A stretch of DNA of 64,000 nt, from the NCBI GenBank assembly GCA_002269645.1, contig NIVC01002007.1, forward strand, positions 1 to 64,000. The letters are read 5' to 3'. The stretch comes from Macrostomum lignano (taxonomy: Eukaryota). Positions 11,410 to 24,630 of this stretch are shown one piece after another. Numbering within the stretch: the first letter of the stretch is position 1; every line of letters starts with the position of its first letter. Position numbers and translations under genes: made by a program. The notes below the pieces were generated by a model. It was not told where the DNA came from. It saw only the letters and a list, made by a program, of their open reading frames with translations, and made no database searches.

Positions 11410-14400
11410 CCAACTGGGAACTGGGGCGCCAACTGGGACTGGGGCGCCAACTGGGAACTGGGGCGCCAACTGGGACTGGGGCGCCAACTGGGTCTGGGGC
11501 GCCAACTGGGACTGGGGCGCCAACTGGGACTGGGGCGCCAACTGGGAACTGGGACTGGGGCGCCAACTGGGACTGGGGCGCCAACTGGGAACTGGGACTG
11601 GGGCGCCAACTGGGAACTGGGACTGGGGCGCCAACTGGGACTGGGGCGCCAACTGGGACTGGGGCGCCAACTGGACACTGGGGCGCCAACTGGGGACTGG
11701 GGCGCCAACTGGGAACTGGGACTGGGGCGCCAACTGGGTCTGGGGCGCCAACTGGGAACTGGGACTAAGGCGCCAACTGGGACTGGGGCGCCAACTGGGA
11801 ACTGGGGCGCCAACTGGGACTGGGGCGCCAACTGGGTCTGGGGCGCCAACTGGGAACTGGGACTGGGGCGCCAACTGGGACTGGGGCGCCAACTGGGACT
11901 GGGGCGCCAACTGGGGACTGGGGCGCCAACTGGGACTGGGGCGCCAACTGGGACTGGGGCGCCAACTGGGAACTGGGGCGCCAACTGGGACTGGGGCGCC
12001 AACTGGGTCTGGGGCGCCAACTGGGAACTGGGACTGGGGCGCCAACTGGGACTGGGGCGCCAACTGGGAACTGGGGCGCCAACTGGGAACTGGGGCGCCA
12101 ACTGGGACTGGGGCGCCAACTGGACACTGGGGCGCCAACTGGGTCTGGGGCGCCAACTGGGTCTGGGGCGCCAACTGGGAACTGGGACTGGGGCGCCAAC
12201 TGGGACTGGGGCGCCAACTGGGACTGGGGCGCCAACTGGACACTGGGGCGCCAACTGGGGACTGGGGCGCCAACTGGGAACTGGGACTGGGGCGCCAACT
12301 GGGTCTGGGGCGCCAACTGGGAACTGGGACTGGGGCGCCAACTGGGACTGGGGCGCCAACTGGGAACTGGGGCGCCAACTGGGACTGGGGCGCCAACTGG
12401 GTCTGGGGCGCCAACTGGGAACTGGGACTGGGGCGCCAACTGGGACTGGGGCGCCAACTGGGACTGGGGCGCCAACTGGACACTGGGGCGCCAACTGGGG
12501 ACTGGGGCGCCAACTGGGAACTGGGGCGCCAACTGGGACTGGGGCGCCAACTGGGTCTGGGGCGCCAACTGGGAACTGGGGCGCCAACTGGAGACTGGGG
12601 CGCCAACTGGGAACTGGGACTGGAGCGCCAACTGGGAACTGGGAACTGGGGCGCCAACTAAGAACTGGGGCGCCAACTGGGACTGGGGCTGGAGCGCCAA
12701 CTGGGAACTGGGAACTGGGGCGCCCACTGGGAACTGGGACTGGGAATTGGGACACCAACTGGGGACTGGGGCGCCAACTGGGAACTGGGGCGCCAACTTG
12801 GAACTGGGGCGCCAACTTTGAACTGGGGCGCCAACTGGGAACTGGGAACTGGGGCGCCAACTGGGAACTGGGGACTGGGGCGCCAACTGGGAACTGGGAA
12901 CTGGGGCGCCAACTGGGAACTGGGAACTGGGGCGCCAACTGGGACTGAAGCGCTAATTTGGAACTGGGAACTGGGGCGCCAACTGGGAACTGGGAACTGG
13001 GAACTGGGGCGCCAACTGGGAACTGGGACCTGGGGCGCCAACTGGGAACTGGGAACTGGGGCGCCAACTGGGACTGGGGCGCCAACTGGGACTGGAGCGC
13101 CAACTTGGAACTGGGAACTGGGGCGCCAACTGGGACTGGGGCGCCAACTAGGACTGGAGCGCCAACTTGGAACTGGGAACTGGGGCGCCAACTGGGACTG
13201 AGGCGCCAACTGGGAACTGGGAACTGGGGCGCCAACTGGGAACTGGGGCGCCAACTGGGACTGGGGCGCCAACTGGGAACTGGGGCGCCAACTGGGAACT
13301 GAGACTGGAGCGCCAACTGGGACTGGGGCGCCAACTGGGAACTGGGAACTGGGGCGCCAACTGGGAACTGGGGCGCCAACTGGGGACTGGGGCGCCAACT
13401 GGGAACTGGGGCGCCAACTGGGACTGGGGCGCCAACTGGGTCTGGGGCGCCAACTGGGACTGGGGCGCCAACTGGGACTGGGGCGCCAACTGGGAACTGG
13501 GGCGCCAACTGGGACTGGGGCGCCAACTGGGTCTGGGGCGCCAACTGGGAACTGGGGCGCCAACTTGGAACTGGGAACTGGGGCGCCAACTGGGAACTGG
13601 GAACTGGGGCGCCAACTGGGACTGGAGCGCCAACTTGGAACTGGGAACTGGGAACTGGAGCGCCAACTTGGACTGGAGCGCCAACTTGGAACTGGGAACT
13701 GGGGCGCCAACTGGGAACTGGGGACTGGGGCGCCAACTGGGAACTGGGACTGGAGCGCCAACTGGGACTGGGGCGCCAACTGGGAACTGGGAACTGGGGC
13801 GCCAACTGGGAACTGGGGCGCCAACTGGGGACTGGGGCGCCAACTGGGAACTGGGGCGCCAACTGGGACTGGGGCGCCAACTGGGTCTGGGGCGCCAACT
13901 GGGACTGGGGCGCCAACTGGGACTGGGGCGCCAACTGGGAACTGGGGCGCCAACTGGGACTGGGGCGCCAACTGGGTCTGGGGCGCCAACTGGGAACTGG
14001 GGCGCCAACTTGGAACTGGGAACTGGGGCGCCAACTGGGAACTGGGAACGGGGGCGCCAACTGGGACTGGAGCGCCAACTTGGAACTGGGAACTGGGAAC
14101 TGGAGCGCCAACTTGGACTGGAGCGCCAACTTGGAACTGGGAACTGGGGCGCCAACTGGGAACTGGGGACTGGGGCGCCAACTGGGAACTGGGAACTGGG
14201 GCGCCAACTGGGAACTGGGAACTGAGGGGCCAACTGGGAACTGGGAACTGGGGCGCCAACTGGGACTGGAGCGCCAACTTGGAACTGGGAACTGGGGCGC
14301 CAACTGGGAACTGGGACTGGGGCGCCAACTGGGAACTGGGAACTGGGGCGCCAGCTGGGAACTGGGAACTGGGAACTGGAGCGCCAACTTGGAACTGGGA

Positions 14401-16000
14401 ACGGGGGCGCCAACTGGGACTGGAGCGCCAACTTGGAACTGGGAACTGGGAACTGGAGCGCCAACTTGGACTGGAGCGCCAACTTGGAACTGGGAACTGG
14501 GGCGCCAACTGGGAACTGGGGACTGGGGCGCCAACTGGGAACTGGGAACTGGGGCGCCAACTGGGAACTGGGAACTGAGGGGCCAACTGGGAACTGGGAA
14601 CTGGGGCGCCAACTGGGACTGGAGCGCCAACTTGGAACTGGGAACTGGGGCGCCAACTGGGAACTGGGACTGGGGCGCCAACTGGGAACTGGGAACTGGG
14701 GCGCCAGCTGGGAACTGGGAACTGGGAACTGGAGCGCCAACTTGGAACTGGGAACTGGGCGCCAACTGGGAACTGGGAACTGGAGCGCCAACTTGGAACT
14801 GGGAACTGGGGCGCCAACTGGGAACTGGCGACTGGGGCGCCAACTGGGACTGGGGCGCCAACTGGGACTGGGGCGCCAACTGGGACTGGGGCGCCAACTG
14901 GGACTGGGGCGCCAACTGGGAACTGGGGCGCCAACTGGGGACTGGGGCGCCAACTGGGAACTGGGGCGCCAACTGGGACTGGGGCGCCAACTGGGTCTGG
15001 GGCGCCAACTGGGAACTGGGAACTGGGGCGCCAACTGGGACTGGAGCGCCAACTTGGAACTGGGAACTGGGAACTGGAGCGCCAACTTAGACTGGAGCGC
15101 CAACTTGGAACTGGGAACTGGGGCGCCAGCTGGGAACTGGGAACTGGGAACTGGAGCGCCAACTTGGAACTGGGAACTGGGGCGCCAACTGGGAACTGGG
15201 AACTGGAGCGCCAACTTGGAACTGGGAACTGGGGCGCCAACTGGGAACTGGCGACTGGGGCGCCAACTGGGAACTGGGAACTGGGGCGCCAACTGGGAAC
15301 TGGGAACTGGGGCGCCAACTGGGACTGGAGCGCCAACTTGGAACTGGGAACTGGGGCGCCAGCTGGGAACTGGGAACTGGGAACTGGAGCGCCAACTTGG
15401 AACTGGGAACTGGGCTCCAACTGGGAACTGGGAACTGGAGCGCCAACTTGGAACTGGGAACTGGCGACTGGGGCGCCAACTGGGACTGGGGCGCCAACTG
15501 GGAACTGGGGCGCCAACTGGGGACTGGGGCGCCAACTGGGAACTGGGGCGCCAACTGGGACTGGGGCGCCAACTGGGTCTGGGGCGCCAACTGGGAACTG
15601 GGAACTGGGGCGCCAACTGGGACTGGAGCGCCAACTTGGAACTGGGAACTGGGAACTGGAGCGCCAACTTGGACTGGAGCGCCAACTTGGAACTGGGAAC
15701 TGGGGCGCCAGCTGGGAACTGGGAACTGGGAACTGGAGCGCCAACTTGGAACTGGGAACTGGGGCGCCAACTGGGAACTGGGAACTGGAGCGCCAACTTG
15801 GAACTGGGAACTGGGGCGCCAACTGGGAACTGGCGACTGGGGCGCCAACTGGGAACTGGGAACTGGGGCGCCAACTGGGAACTGGGAACTGGGGCGCCAA
15901 CTGGGAACTGGGAACTGGGGCGCCAACTGGGACTGGAGCGCCAACTTGGAACTGGGAACTGGGGCGCCAACTGGGACTGAGGCGCCAACTGGGAACTGGG
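11410..16000. repeat. 4.6-kb G-rich satellite (AACTGGGACTGGGGCGCC 18-19-bp units plus GGGAACT 7-bp subunits)
   Basis: Continuous array; source of all the large W/G/L and P/S/Q ORFs in this interval. Confidence 0.97.
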
Positions 16001-17204
16001 GCCTTTCTTAGGGCTCTTCTTCAAGATGCTCTTCTTAGACCTTTGGGTGCCACCCGAGCACTTCTGTAAATCGATTTAGGATAACCAAAACAAAGACTTG
16101 ATTTTGTCTTGCTGATAGCAGCCAGTCTGGGGAAAACGAATCATTCTCGTGCCGGCAACTAAGGCGATGGCATCAGGATTTGGCAATCTTGGCCCATAAA
16201 CCGAAGGCGGACGGCTCTGGCAGAACGGCGCAAGACAATAAAAATTAGTTGCTGAGGGCCTCCTGTGGCGAAACAACAGAATTCTGGTCTTTGTTCGGCT
16301 TATGGCACACTGCGCGCGGGGTCTCGTGCGTAGTCCCGAATTTCCCTGCTGCGAGCTTGACGTCTTCAACATCCCCTGGGCGGCGGCTGTCGCCATTTCT
16401 TCGAATCAAATCGATGCATCGGCCCTAGCAACCGCATGGCAACTACACGTACGATGCTACGATGCTTGTTCAACAAGCTCTGTGTCAGTCTTGGTCGTCA
16501 TACAAAGCTAATTATTATTAACGAGGCGTGTCTCTTGACTGCTTTAGCCAAGCTGTTAGTGACGCGCATATTGCATAAATTATCTGTGCTGTGAATGTGG
16601 ACTGCGAAACCAAGGGAAAGGAGCAACTGTCGATCAGCCTCACCATGCAAGTTTCAACATCACCCTCTGAGGTTCTGGGTCATAAGTTCTTGATGTCAAC
16701 TACATTCGAAATCATAAGAGACAGCAGGGGGAGGGTAGTTAGGAAATACTATGAACTTTAACGGTAAATCTTCATAATAGAAGAACCTTTTAAATTGGTT
16801 TCGTTTTTTACAAAGAATTTTTCGGTTGCTAAAGTTTGTTTTCGATACATATCGGATAGTTGATATGTACTAGCTTTAAACCCGGCTCGTTGTTTAGGAC
16901 TAAAAAAATTCATGAAAAAGCATTTATAAAATACATGCTATTCAAAAATTCAAAAATACTAATTCATAGCTTTCTCAATCTTATCTATTATTACTCTTGT
17001 ATTAGAATCTAGTTTAAATGATAATTTTCACAGTGGCAGTCACAAATAAGGTCTCTAATATGAAATGTGTTAAATTTTGAAAGAGATTTGCAAACCAAAA
17101 ATGAAATAAAACTATCCTTCTTTTCTTAATTAAAAAGTATAAAAATTAAAAAAATTCTGATAAAGATTAGAAGGAAGGCAAAAACGTTAAATAATAAAAA
17201 AAGA

Positions 17205-17276
17205 AGGTCCCACCGAGACTCGAACTCGGGTCGCAGGATTCAGAGTCCTGAGTGCTAACCGCTACACCATGGGACC
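17205..17276 (-). tRNA. tRNA-Gln-CTG: tRNA-Gln, anticodon CTG
   Basis: GGTCCCATGGTGTAGCGGTTAGCACTCAGGACTCTGAATCCTGCGACCCGAGTTCGAGTCTCGGTGGGACCT. Perfect acceptor, anticodon and T stems; an oligo-T Pol III terminator follows immediately downstream (plus-strand A run ~17196-17202). Confidence 0.97.
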
Positions 17277-18129
17277 GCTGTGGGAAGGAGGCCATAATTA
17301 TGGTTTTATAGTTTAAAAATCCAACCTTAAGTCTTAATGCGTGCGTGTCGTCCGGCGGAACCAGTCTCCACTGAGGTTCAGAGACTCAGTGACCTAATCA
17401 CCCGACCCGAAAACACGGAAATGCAAATTGCAAATCGTGGCTCTTTCTTACACTAGACTAGCTTGTAGACAAGCGAATGACCTTTTTTATCATTTAGCAC
17501 AATTACAAACCCTGTGTGAAAATACTACAAAGTTTACTTAGTTTTGTATCGCTTTTTCCAGTTTGAGATGTTTCATTTTTGATTTGCGAATGAAGGCAAC
17601 GCAAATTTAGACGGGAATCTCCAGCGAGCAAAGTTTTGAGCAAATAAAAGACCTGCTGAACGATAATTTTGGCTTATATATTTCCCAGTCCATTGGGAGA
17701 TCCAAAAGTAAGCGAATAAATTCCAATGCAGCTTGTCAATTGCACGCTGTCAAGGCCAAAACTCCGTTAAGCAGAGTTTGGCTTTTGATTTAATATAATA
17801 TGAGTTAATATAATAGGCGAGACTAAGCCAATACCATTATGGATGTCTCAGTCTTTTCCCATTTAGCTTGTAAACACTTAGCTTGTTTGGCCACTGAGAT
17901 GGAAAAGGCCATTCCATGGCATACATAGACACCAACTGTGACGATGGAAACTCCTATTTTGTATTTTTACGTTTCTATTTACTCAGACAAGAGCAATATC
18001 TTCAATAAGCCTGAACAGTTAGTAACCTGTATATTTTATAGCAGTAGTAGGGAGCGAGGTCCACAGTTTTCAAATGAAAGTATGCATGTAAGCCTAGAGA
18101 GGGCAGACTTTTTTAACCAATTGCCGCCT

Positions 18130-18245
18130 GCAAATGTCCGGCTGGCAAACGTTCCGCAGGCAAACGTCGGCTGGCAAAACATCGGCTGGCAAACGTCGGC
18201 TGGCAAACGTCGGCTGGCAAAACGTCAGCTGGCAAACGTCCCGTA
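18130..18245. repeat. Short 14-bp tandem repeat (CTGGCAAACGTCGG)
   Basis: Several degenerate direct units. Confidence 0.75.
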
Positions 18246-18802
18246 GGCGGTCTGTTGGCGCCGAGTCCCACTGCCCGCAGCCGGGTGCAGATGCTTCTAC
18301 TGATGCTGCAGCGTTTTGTCGACTGCCTGCTGGCTGGCGTCATATGTGCGCCGTTTGACCTTCAGATGAGCCTGACAGCTAGCTTATTCTGCAGCTGTTG
18401 TTGCAGCGCATTTTGACCATGCAGCCATGCAGGTAAGCCATGGCCATATGAACCATAGCATATCAAACGACTACAAAGACATTCGCATCTTTCATGACAT
18501 GATTTGTATCATTAATATACATGTACTTCGTAGTTATAATGTACGACGTATATGCGTCACATTACATCTACAATACCAGTACTTGACGGTCGGGAGTTGA
18601 CGAGCCAGACCCCTACATCGATATATATTCAAGTCTTTAAATAAAAAGAAAGTGAATTATATATAAAACAAACAAAAATATTTTAATTTTAATTTAACTA
18701 CTTAATACTTTAGTTGTTATTTCGACATTTAATCACAAATATATTTTAATAGGCTATGGAACGAACAAATTTGCTATGGTAGGGTAGGGTGTTTAAAATT
18801 GA

Positions 18803-18921
18803 GCCATGGAGTACAAGGCCATGGAGTACAAGGCCATGGAGTACAAGGCCATGGAGTACAAGGCCATGGAGTACAAGGCCATGGAGTACAAGGCCATGGA
18901 GTACAAGGCCATGGAGTACAA
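18803..18921. repeat. 15-bp tandem repeat (GCCATGGAGTACAAG), ~8 units
   Basis: Direct tandem units. Confidence 0.92.
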
Positions 18922-19117
18922 ACAATGAGCATACATCGATAGGTGAAGAAACAAAGGTAATAAAATCTGTACAAACGACATGCATAGTGGAATTAAAACT
19001 ACATGTATCTATATAACTGTTTACAGTTACTTCTGGGTTAAAAAAGGCAATTTAAAAACTGCTACCGTGGCGCGCAACGCGTCGGGAATCAAACCCGTGA
19101 CCCCCGTCCCAGGTAAG

Positions 19118-21482
19118 CTACCAGGCAAACTCGCTGCGCACCCGAAGCACGAGAGTCCGACAGTCGGCGATGGAACTGCAAATGTCAGCGAGGTCCATGG
19201 CATCGGTTGGGAGTCCCTGGATCTCCAGGATCTGGTCGCCGACGCAGAGCACAGACTGATAGCGCAGCTGGTCCTTGGCGTCGTTGAAACGGCTCACGAA
19301 CACTGCTGCATGGCGGTGAGGAGTGATGATGTGTTTTGAGAATTCTGCATTCTACTGCTATTACTTTGAGTAGTTTGAGTAAGTACCGTCTATGAGCAAC
19401 TATCTGTAATTGACTGCAACTGTCTGTAATTGACTGCAACTGTCTGTAATTGACTGCAACTGTCTGTAATTGACTGCAACTGTCTGTAATTGACTGCAAC
19501 TGTCTGTAATTGACTGCAACTGTCTGTAATTGACTGCAACTGTCTGTAATTGACTGCAACTGTCTGTAATTGACTGCAACTGTCTGTAATTGACTGCAAC
19601 TGTCTGTAATTGACTGCAACTGTCTGTAATTGACTGCAACTGTCTGTAACTGACTGCAACTGTCTGTAATTGACTGCAACTGTCTGTAATTGATTGCAAC
19701 TGTCTGTAATTGACTGCAACTGTCTGTAATTGATTGCAACTGTCTGTAATTGACTGCAACTGTCTGTAATTGACTGCAACTGTCTGTAATTGACTGCAAC
19801 TGTCTGTAATTGACTGCAACTGTCTGTAATTGACTGCAACTGTCTGTAATTGACTGCAACTGTCTGTAATTGACTGCAACTGTCTGTAATTGACTGCAAC
19901 TGTCTGTAATTGACTGCAACTGTCTGTAATTGACTGCAACTGTCTGTAATTGACTGCAACTGTCTGTAATTGACTGCAACTGTCTGTAATTGACTGCAAC
20001 TGTCTGTAATTGACTGCAACTGTCTGTAATTGACTGCAACTGTCTGTAACTGACTGCAACTGTCTGTAATTGACTGCAACTGTCTGTAATTGACTGCAAC
20101 TGTCTGTAATTGACTGCAACTGTCTGTAATTGACTGCAACTGTCTGTAATTGACTGCAACTGTCTGTAATTGACTGCAACTGTCTGTAATTGACTGCAAC
20201 TGTCTGTAATTGACTGCAACTGTCTGTAATTGACTGCAACTGTCTGTAACTGACTGCAACTGTCTGTAATTGACTGCAACTGTCTGTAATTGACTGCAAC
20301 TGTCTGTAATTGACTGCAACTGTCTGTAATTGACTGCAACTGTCTGTAATTGACTGCAACTGTCTGTAATTGACTGCAACTGTCTGTAATTGACTGCAAC
20401 TGTCTGTAATTGACTGCAACTGTCTGTAATTGACTGCAACTGTCTGTAATTGACTGCAACTGTCTGTAATTGACTGCAACTGTCTGTAATTGACTGCAAC
20501 TGTCTGTAATTGATTGCAACTGTCTGTAATTGACTGCAACTGTCTGTAATTGACTGCAACTGTCTGTAATTGACTTCTCACCTCCATGCGGCTGCCGCCT
20601 GGCAACAAAGAAGCCGAACCTAACGCCGCGCGGCCGCTGCAGTCGAACCAGGCGAGTCCCGTCAGCGCCAAGTCGCAGCACGCGACCTCGCGGCGACGCC
20701 CTCGCCGTCACAGTTGACGGCGTCGTCGAGGGAGACGACGCAGCCGACGCTACGCTCGACGCTGACACCGGCTGGCGCGGCTTTTTTGCCGACGTTGGAG
20801 TGCCGGCGAGCCGCTGCATCAAACGGTGCAGCGAGGACGACTTCTGGCGCCGTTTGGGCGTCTCCGCCCGTCCGACGATGTCGCTAGCGCTGCAGGTGGT
20901 GGCGGCGGCGGCGGGAGAGACGGCAGCAGTGGTGGCAGCAGCGGCCAGCTTGGAGGCGCTGAGGCTTCGGCGGATGCGTGAAGCGATTCGATGGCGCGCT
21001 GACCGCGCCCAGCCGCCCAGGGGAGTCTTCGGCTGCTGTTGCTGCTGCTGCGGCGGCGGCATCGGCGGTGCCTGCGGCCTCGTCGGGCTGGTCTGCGCGT
21101 CGCAACAGCCGGAGCTTTTTGGGCTTGGCGACGATGTCGATCCGGCCGGCGCTGGTGCCGGCGCCAGCAGCTGGGATCGGCGCCGGTAGTGCGGGTTGGT
21201 GGCGATGGCGGGGGCGGCAGGGCGAAGGCGCGCCATCTTGGCCGGGGTTGTTGGGGCCGTCGGTGGAGGCGAAGACTCTTCACTTGAGGACTGTCGACGC
21301 TTCCGACTGCAGGCGGCGGCGGCGGGCAGCAACAGGCTGTGGTCGACTCGCAGCGGCTGCTGGCGCTGCTGCTGTCGGCTGCCAATCGCGCTGCTACCGT
21401 CCAAGCGCAGGGTGGTGACCAGCGACTGCGCTAGCTGTGGCGGCGGCGGCGGCTGATGCGGCTGCGGCGTGGTGGCGAGCAT
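19118..21482 (-). CDS. Low-complexity protein with a C-terminal PDZ domain (Par-6/KIAA1614-like PDZ); complement(join(19118..19344,20582..21482)), ~375 aa
   Basis: Donor GAG|GTGAGA (20581) is phase 1 and matches acceptor ATGCAG|AA (19345). The spliced product reads LVRLQRPRGVRFGFFVARR...AVFVSRF...SVLCVGDQILEIQG...IADCRTLVLRV, which is the PDZ beta-strand/helix pattern. Family assignment is from memory of motifs, not a search. Confidence 0.8.
19397..20575. repeat. 20-bp minisatellite (TGACTGCAACTGTCTGTAAT), ~59 units, filling the PDZ-gene intron
   Basis: Near-perfect tandem array. Confidence 0.97.
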
Positions 21483-21639
21483 GGCTGCACTCTGCGCGTT
21501 GGAGAATGGGGGGAGTCAAAATATAAAAAACCTTGCTCTGTTGCTGACTAATGTGAGCTGATGAGGCTGGTTTAAAGATTTAAAAAGCCATAGAACAGAT
21601 CGATAGACACTTGGACTCTTTGGAGAGACAGTGAGAAAC

Positions 21640-21805
21640 GACGGGAGTCCATGGCAGATAGATTGACAGACAAGCTGAGAGAGTCCGTAGCAGATAGATT
21701 GACAGACAAACTGTGAGAGTCCATAGCAGATAAATTGACAGACAAACTGTGAGAGTCCGAGCAGATAGATTGACAGACAAACTGTGAGAGTCCATACGAG
21801 ATAGA
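21640..21805. repeat. ~30-bp degenerate tandem repeat (GATAGATTGACAGACAAACTGTGAGAGTCC)
   Basis: About 4-5 direct units. Confidence 0.75.
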
Positions 21806-22024
21806 TCGATAAACAAAGTGTGACAGCAAATTAAAAGCAATGAGAAAGCAGATAATTATCTTACCAGTTATATATGAAGAATCAAAGCTTGCAAATCAAA
21901 GTATACCCGACGATAAAGCCTGGATCAATTTGATGATTATGCCAATAGAATGTAAATATCTAGACTGGGCAGTAAAGGAGAAACAGGGTGAGTGCAGAGC
22001 CTAAGCCGTGGACCCGCCTCCAGG

Positions 22025-22095
22025 CTTTATAGCCCAACTCGTATCGCTCGATTGTGGCCAGCCAATAGGAGCTGTCCAGCGTCTTGTCAGCCAAT
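22025..22095 (-). promoter_or_regulatory. Candidate core promoter of the PDZ gene: TATAAAG (minus strand, 22025-22031) plus two CCAAT boxes (22062, 22091)
   Basis: Motifs are seen directly. A candidate 5'-UTR exon donor (GTAAGA at 21864) and an acceptor just 5' of the ATG (21492) lie downstream. Function is inferred. Confidence 0.45.
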
Positions 22096-22439
22096 GAGAG
22101 CCCGAGCTTGCGTCCTGTCTCTCCCAGTCACTCCTCTACGGCTCTACCCTCACTTTCACTGGCCTTTCCGACCGACTTGACCCGCTCTAATTAAACACGA
22201 ACTCTATAATAAAAACTAATTAGCTAATAACACTAACACATATTTGCTAATTATGAATTTAGAAAATTGCCACTATTCCTTTAATACATCTTAATTCAAA
22301 TTTCCGTTGCTGAGTGTAGTGCTTCCATTGTCCATAATTCATTTCCCAATTGAAGTTCTATGGATGATGGGTGATGGCAGTTCAAATTATTGTGGTCTCT
22401 GCCTGTATAAGTCGCATTTTACTTCTCTGTCTACCCTCT

Positions 22440-23110
22440 CCCTTCCCCTGGCTAATATCTCTCTCCTTTTTATCTACTCTCTCCCCTGTCTACTCTCTAC
22501 GCTTTCTACTCTCCCCCACTCTCTCCCTTGTATCTACTCTCTTCCTGTATATTCTTTCTTGCTGTCTACTCTCACCTCTGTCTACTCTCAACTCTGTCTA
22601 CTCTCTCCCCTGTCTACTCTCTCCCTTGTCTACTATCTCTCTCTTCTATCTACTCTCTCCCCTGTATCTACTCTCTTCCCTGTATCTACTCTCTCCCCTG
22701 TATCTACTCTCTTCCCTGTATCTACTCTCTCCCCTGTATCTACTCTCTCCCCTGTATCTACTCTCTCTCCCCTGTATCTACTCTCTCCCCTGTATCTACT
22801 CTCTCTCCCCTGTATCTACTCTCTCCCCTGTATCTACTCTCTCCCCTGTATCTACTCTCTCTCCCCTGTATCTACTCTCTCCCCTGTATCTACTCTCTCA
22901 CCCATATCTACTCTCTCTCCCCTGTATCTACTCTCTTCCCTGTATCTACTCTCTCCCCTGTATCTACTCTCTCACCCATATCTACTCTCTCTATTTTCTC
23001 TCTCCATGTCTACTCTTTCCTCTGTCTATTCTCTGTCTTGTATCTACTCTCTACCCACTCTCTCCCCTGTCTACTATCTACCCTGTCTACTCTCTCCCGT
23101 GTCTACTGTC
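22440..23110. repeat. Pyrimidine-rich 18-20-bp minisatellite (TATCTACTCTCTCCCCTG)
   Basis: Direct tandem units. Confidence 0.93.
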
Positions 23111-23939
23111 TCCTCAGACTACTTCATATTTTTCTCTCCCTAGATCCCCTCTCCCCTCTCCGCTCTAGGGAAGACCAGCCAGCACCAGCTGCGACAAAAT
23201 TTCAACCCATGCAGTGAGAGTCCTGGATTCCGAATCGCACGCAGCTGCATGAAGCAAACGGGATTCGCATAACCGAACCCTGGCAGAGTTTGGGAGGTGC
23301 GAACTTGCCAATTCTGTTCAATTCAATGTGCAGTGATATCAAAAACTGCTCTAGATGGCCAAGGTTGATACTTTTTAGCACCAGATGGAAAAATATGTGG
23401 AATGCGCGAATGCTATAGCTAGTGGGAGCCGAAAGGTGTGAAACTGTGCTGAACTCAAGGTGCAAAATACGTTCTATACAGGCAATCTGATAGATAAGAG
23501 TTGAGCCAGGAACTTGAGATATCATCGCTAAAGCTAACTGAACCAACCGCTGCTGCAAGGGTGAAAGTTAATGCGTCCCAATGTGCGATCGCTAGATGCT
23601 CACCTGAGCACAGTCCGCATCTTTCTGAACAATCTGTGCTGAGGGCAGACAGTGATCCGTTACGCAATACATTTGACAACGACGGATTGTTTTAGCGAGA
23701 TTTAACAGTCAATATCTCAACTCCACCTCTTATGGCTGAGCATTGCAAAATTTTCAACTTGATATTGACAGCATCATGACCTCAAAACTGAAATTCCCCT
23801 GTGCTGTTCTCGTGTTTTATACTTTTTTTACTTTTTCATGTCCTTCCAGTATCATTTTCGTCAAAAAACTGTCTGTTTAGCTTCATTTTCTCTCATCTCA
23901 GATCTCAGATCTCAGATCTCTCATCTCTCATATCGCCCT

Positions 23940-24630
23940 TCCCATCTCTACTCTCCAATTTCTACTCTACCATCTCTACTCTCTCATCTCTACTCTTCCA
24001 TCTCTACTCTCTCATATCTACTCTTCCATCTCTACTCTCTCATATCTACTCTTCCATCTCTACTCTCTCATATCTACTCTTCCATCTCTACTCTCTCATC
24101 TCTACTCTTCCATCTCTACTCTCTCATATCTACTCTTCCATCTCTACTCTCTCATATCTACTCTTCCATCTCTACTCTCTCATCTCTACTCTTCCATCTC
24201 TACTCTCTCATATCTACTCTTCCATCTCTACTCTCTCATCTCTACTCTACCATCTCTACTCTCTCATCTCTACTCTCTCATCTCTACTCTACCATCTCTA
24301 CTCTCCCATCTCAACTCTTCCATCTCTACTCTCTCATCTCTACTCTCTCATCTCTACTCTACCATCTCTACTCTCCCATCTCAACTCTTCCATCTCTACT
24401 TTCCTATCTCTACGTTCCAATTTCTACTCTACCATCTCTACTCTCCCATCTCTACTCTCTCATCTCTACTCTTCCATCCCTACTCTCTCATCTCTACTCT
24501 ACCATCTCTACTCTCCCATCTCAACTCTTCCATCTCTACTTTCCTATCTCTACGTTCCAATTTCTACTCTACCATCTCTACTCTCCCATCCCTACTCTCT
24601 CATCTCTACTCTACCATCTCTACTCTCTTC
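23940..24630. repeat. Pyrimidine-rich minisatellite (CATCTCTACTCT-based)
   Basis: Direct tandem units. Confidence 0.93.

Noticed and set aside
11312-16069. Very long ORFs (up to 1,200 aa) on both strands
   Set aside because: They arise because the satellite units lack stop codons; no splice or start context and no domain.
19185-21482. 765-aa ORF with 20-aa repeats
   Set aside because: Read-through of an intron; splicing at 20581/19345 gives a coherent PDZ protein instead.
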